Of a stretch of DNA of 64,000 bases, positions 63,815-64,000 are shown one piece after another; within the stretch, counting starts at the first letter, position 1; each line of letters begins with the position of its first letter. The position numbers and the translations under genes were made by a program. Source of the DNA: Bugula neritina (lineage: Eukaryota; Animalia; Bryozoa); contig OZ037767.1 in NCBI GenBank assembly GCA_964035545.1, forward strand, positions 15,318,998 through 15,382,997, written 5' to 3'. Below the pieces are notes generated by a model. It saw only the letters and a program-made list of their open reading frames with translations. It ran no database searches and was not told the origin of the DNA.

Positions 63815-64000
63815 CTTAAATTATACAACTAAATTAGTCAATGTTTTGTAAAAAAAAGTTTGAACTAACAGACGCAAGTATTTAAAAAAAAATATAATTT
63901 AGAATTAAAAGTTTTGAATAGATAAAATTAAAGCAAAATATAAAAACATAAAATATTCACATTGTAAGTTAAAACATATTTAAAAAAAATAAAATTTAGA

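Overview
AT-rich animal (invertebrate-type) genomic DNA with spliceosomal introns; no prokaryotic features. The host content is (i) a cluster of five paralogues (A-E) of a 3-coding-exon gene for a predicted secreted protein (signal peptide - WSC domain - NHL-like beta-propeller region - PAN/Apple domain) and (ii) an 8-exon minus-strand gene with 39-aa ankyrin repeats, a Pro/Gln-rich linker and a helical C-terminal domain that may be CCDC106-like. Of the five paralogues, D is intact, E is intact except for an unseen start, C has one nonsense codon, and A and B are complementary fragments. The paralogues are mosaics of near-identical and highly divergent blocks, which suggests gene-conversion-driven diversification. 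The genes are interleaved with nested transposons. Two Gypsy/Ty3 LTR elements each carry an extra C2H2 zinc-finger / Arg-Ser-Pro / coiled-coil ORF before the 3' LTR and a covarying hairpin before the PPT; one is complete, with LTRs, TSD, tRNA-Leu PBS and a -1 frameshift signal. There are also CACAG-ended EnSpm/CMC elements whose ends sit at duplication breakpoints, a foldback ISL2EU/Harbinger derivative, a Kolobok-type MITE, tRNA-derived repeats, and mini- and microsatellites. All alignments and counts were done by eye, and family assignments come from motif recognition, not database searches.
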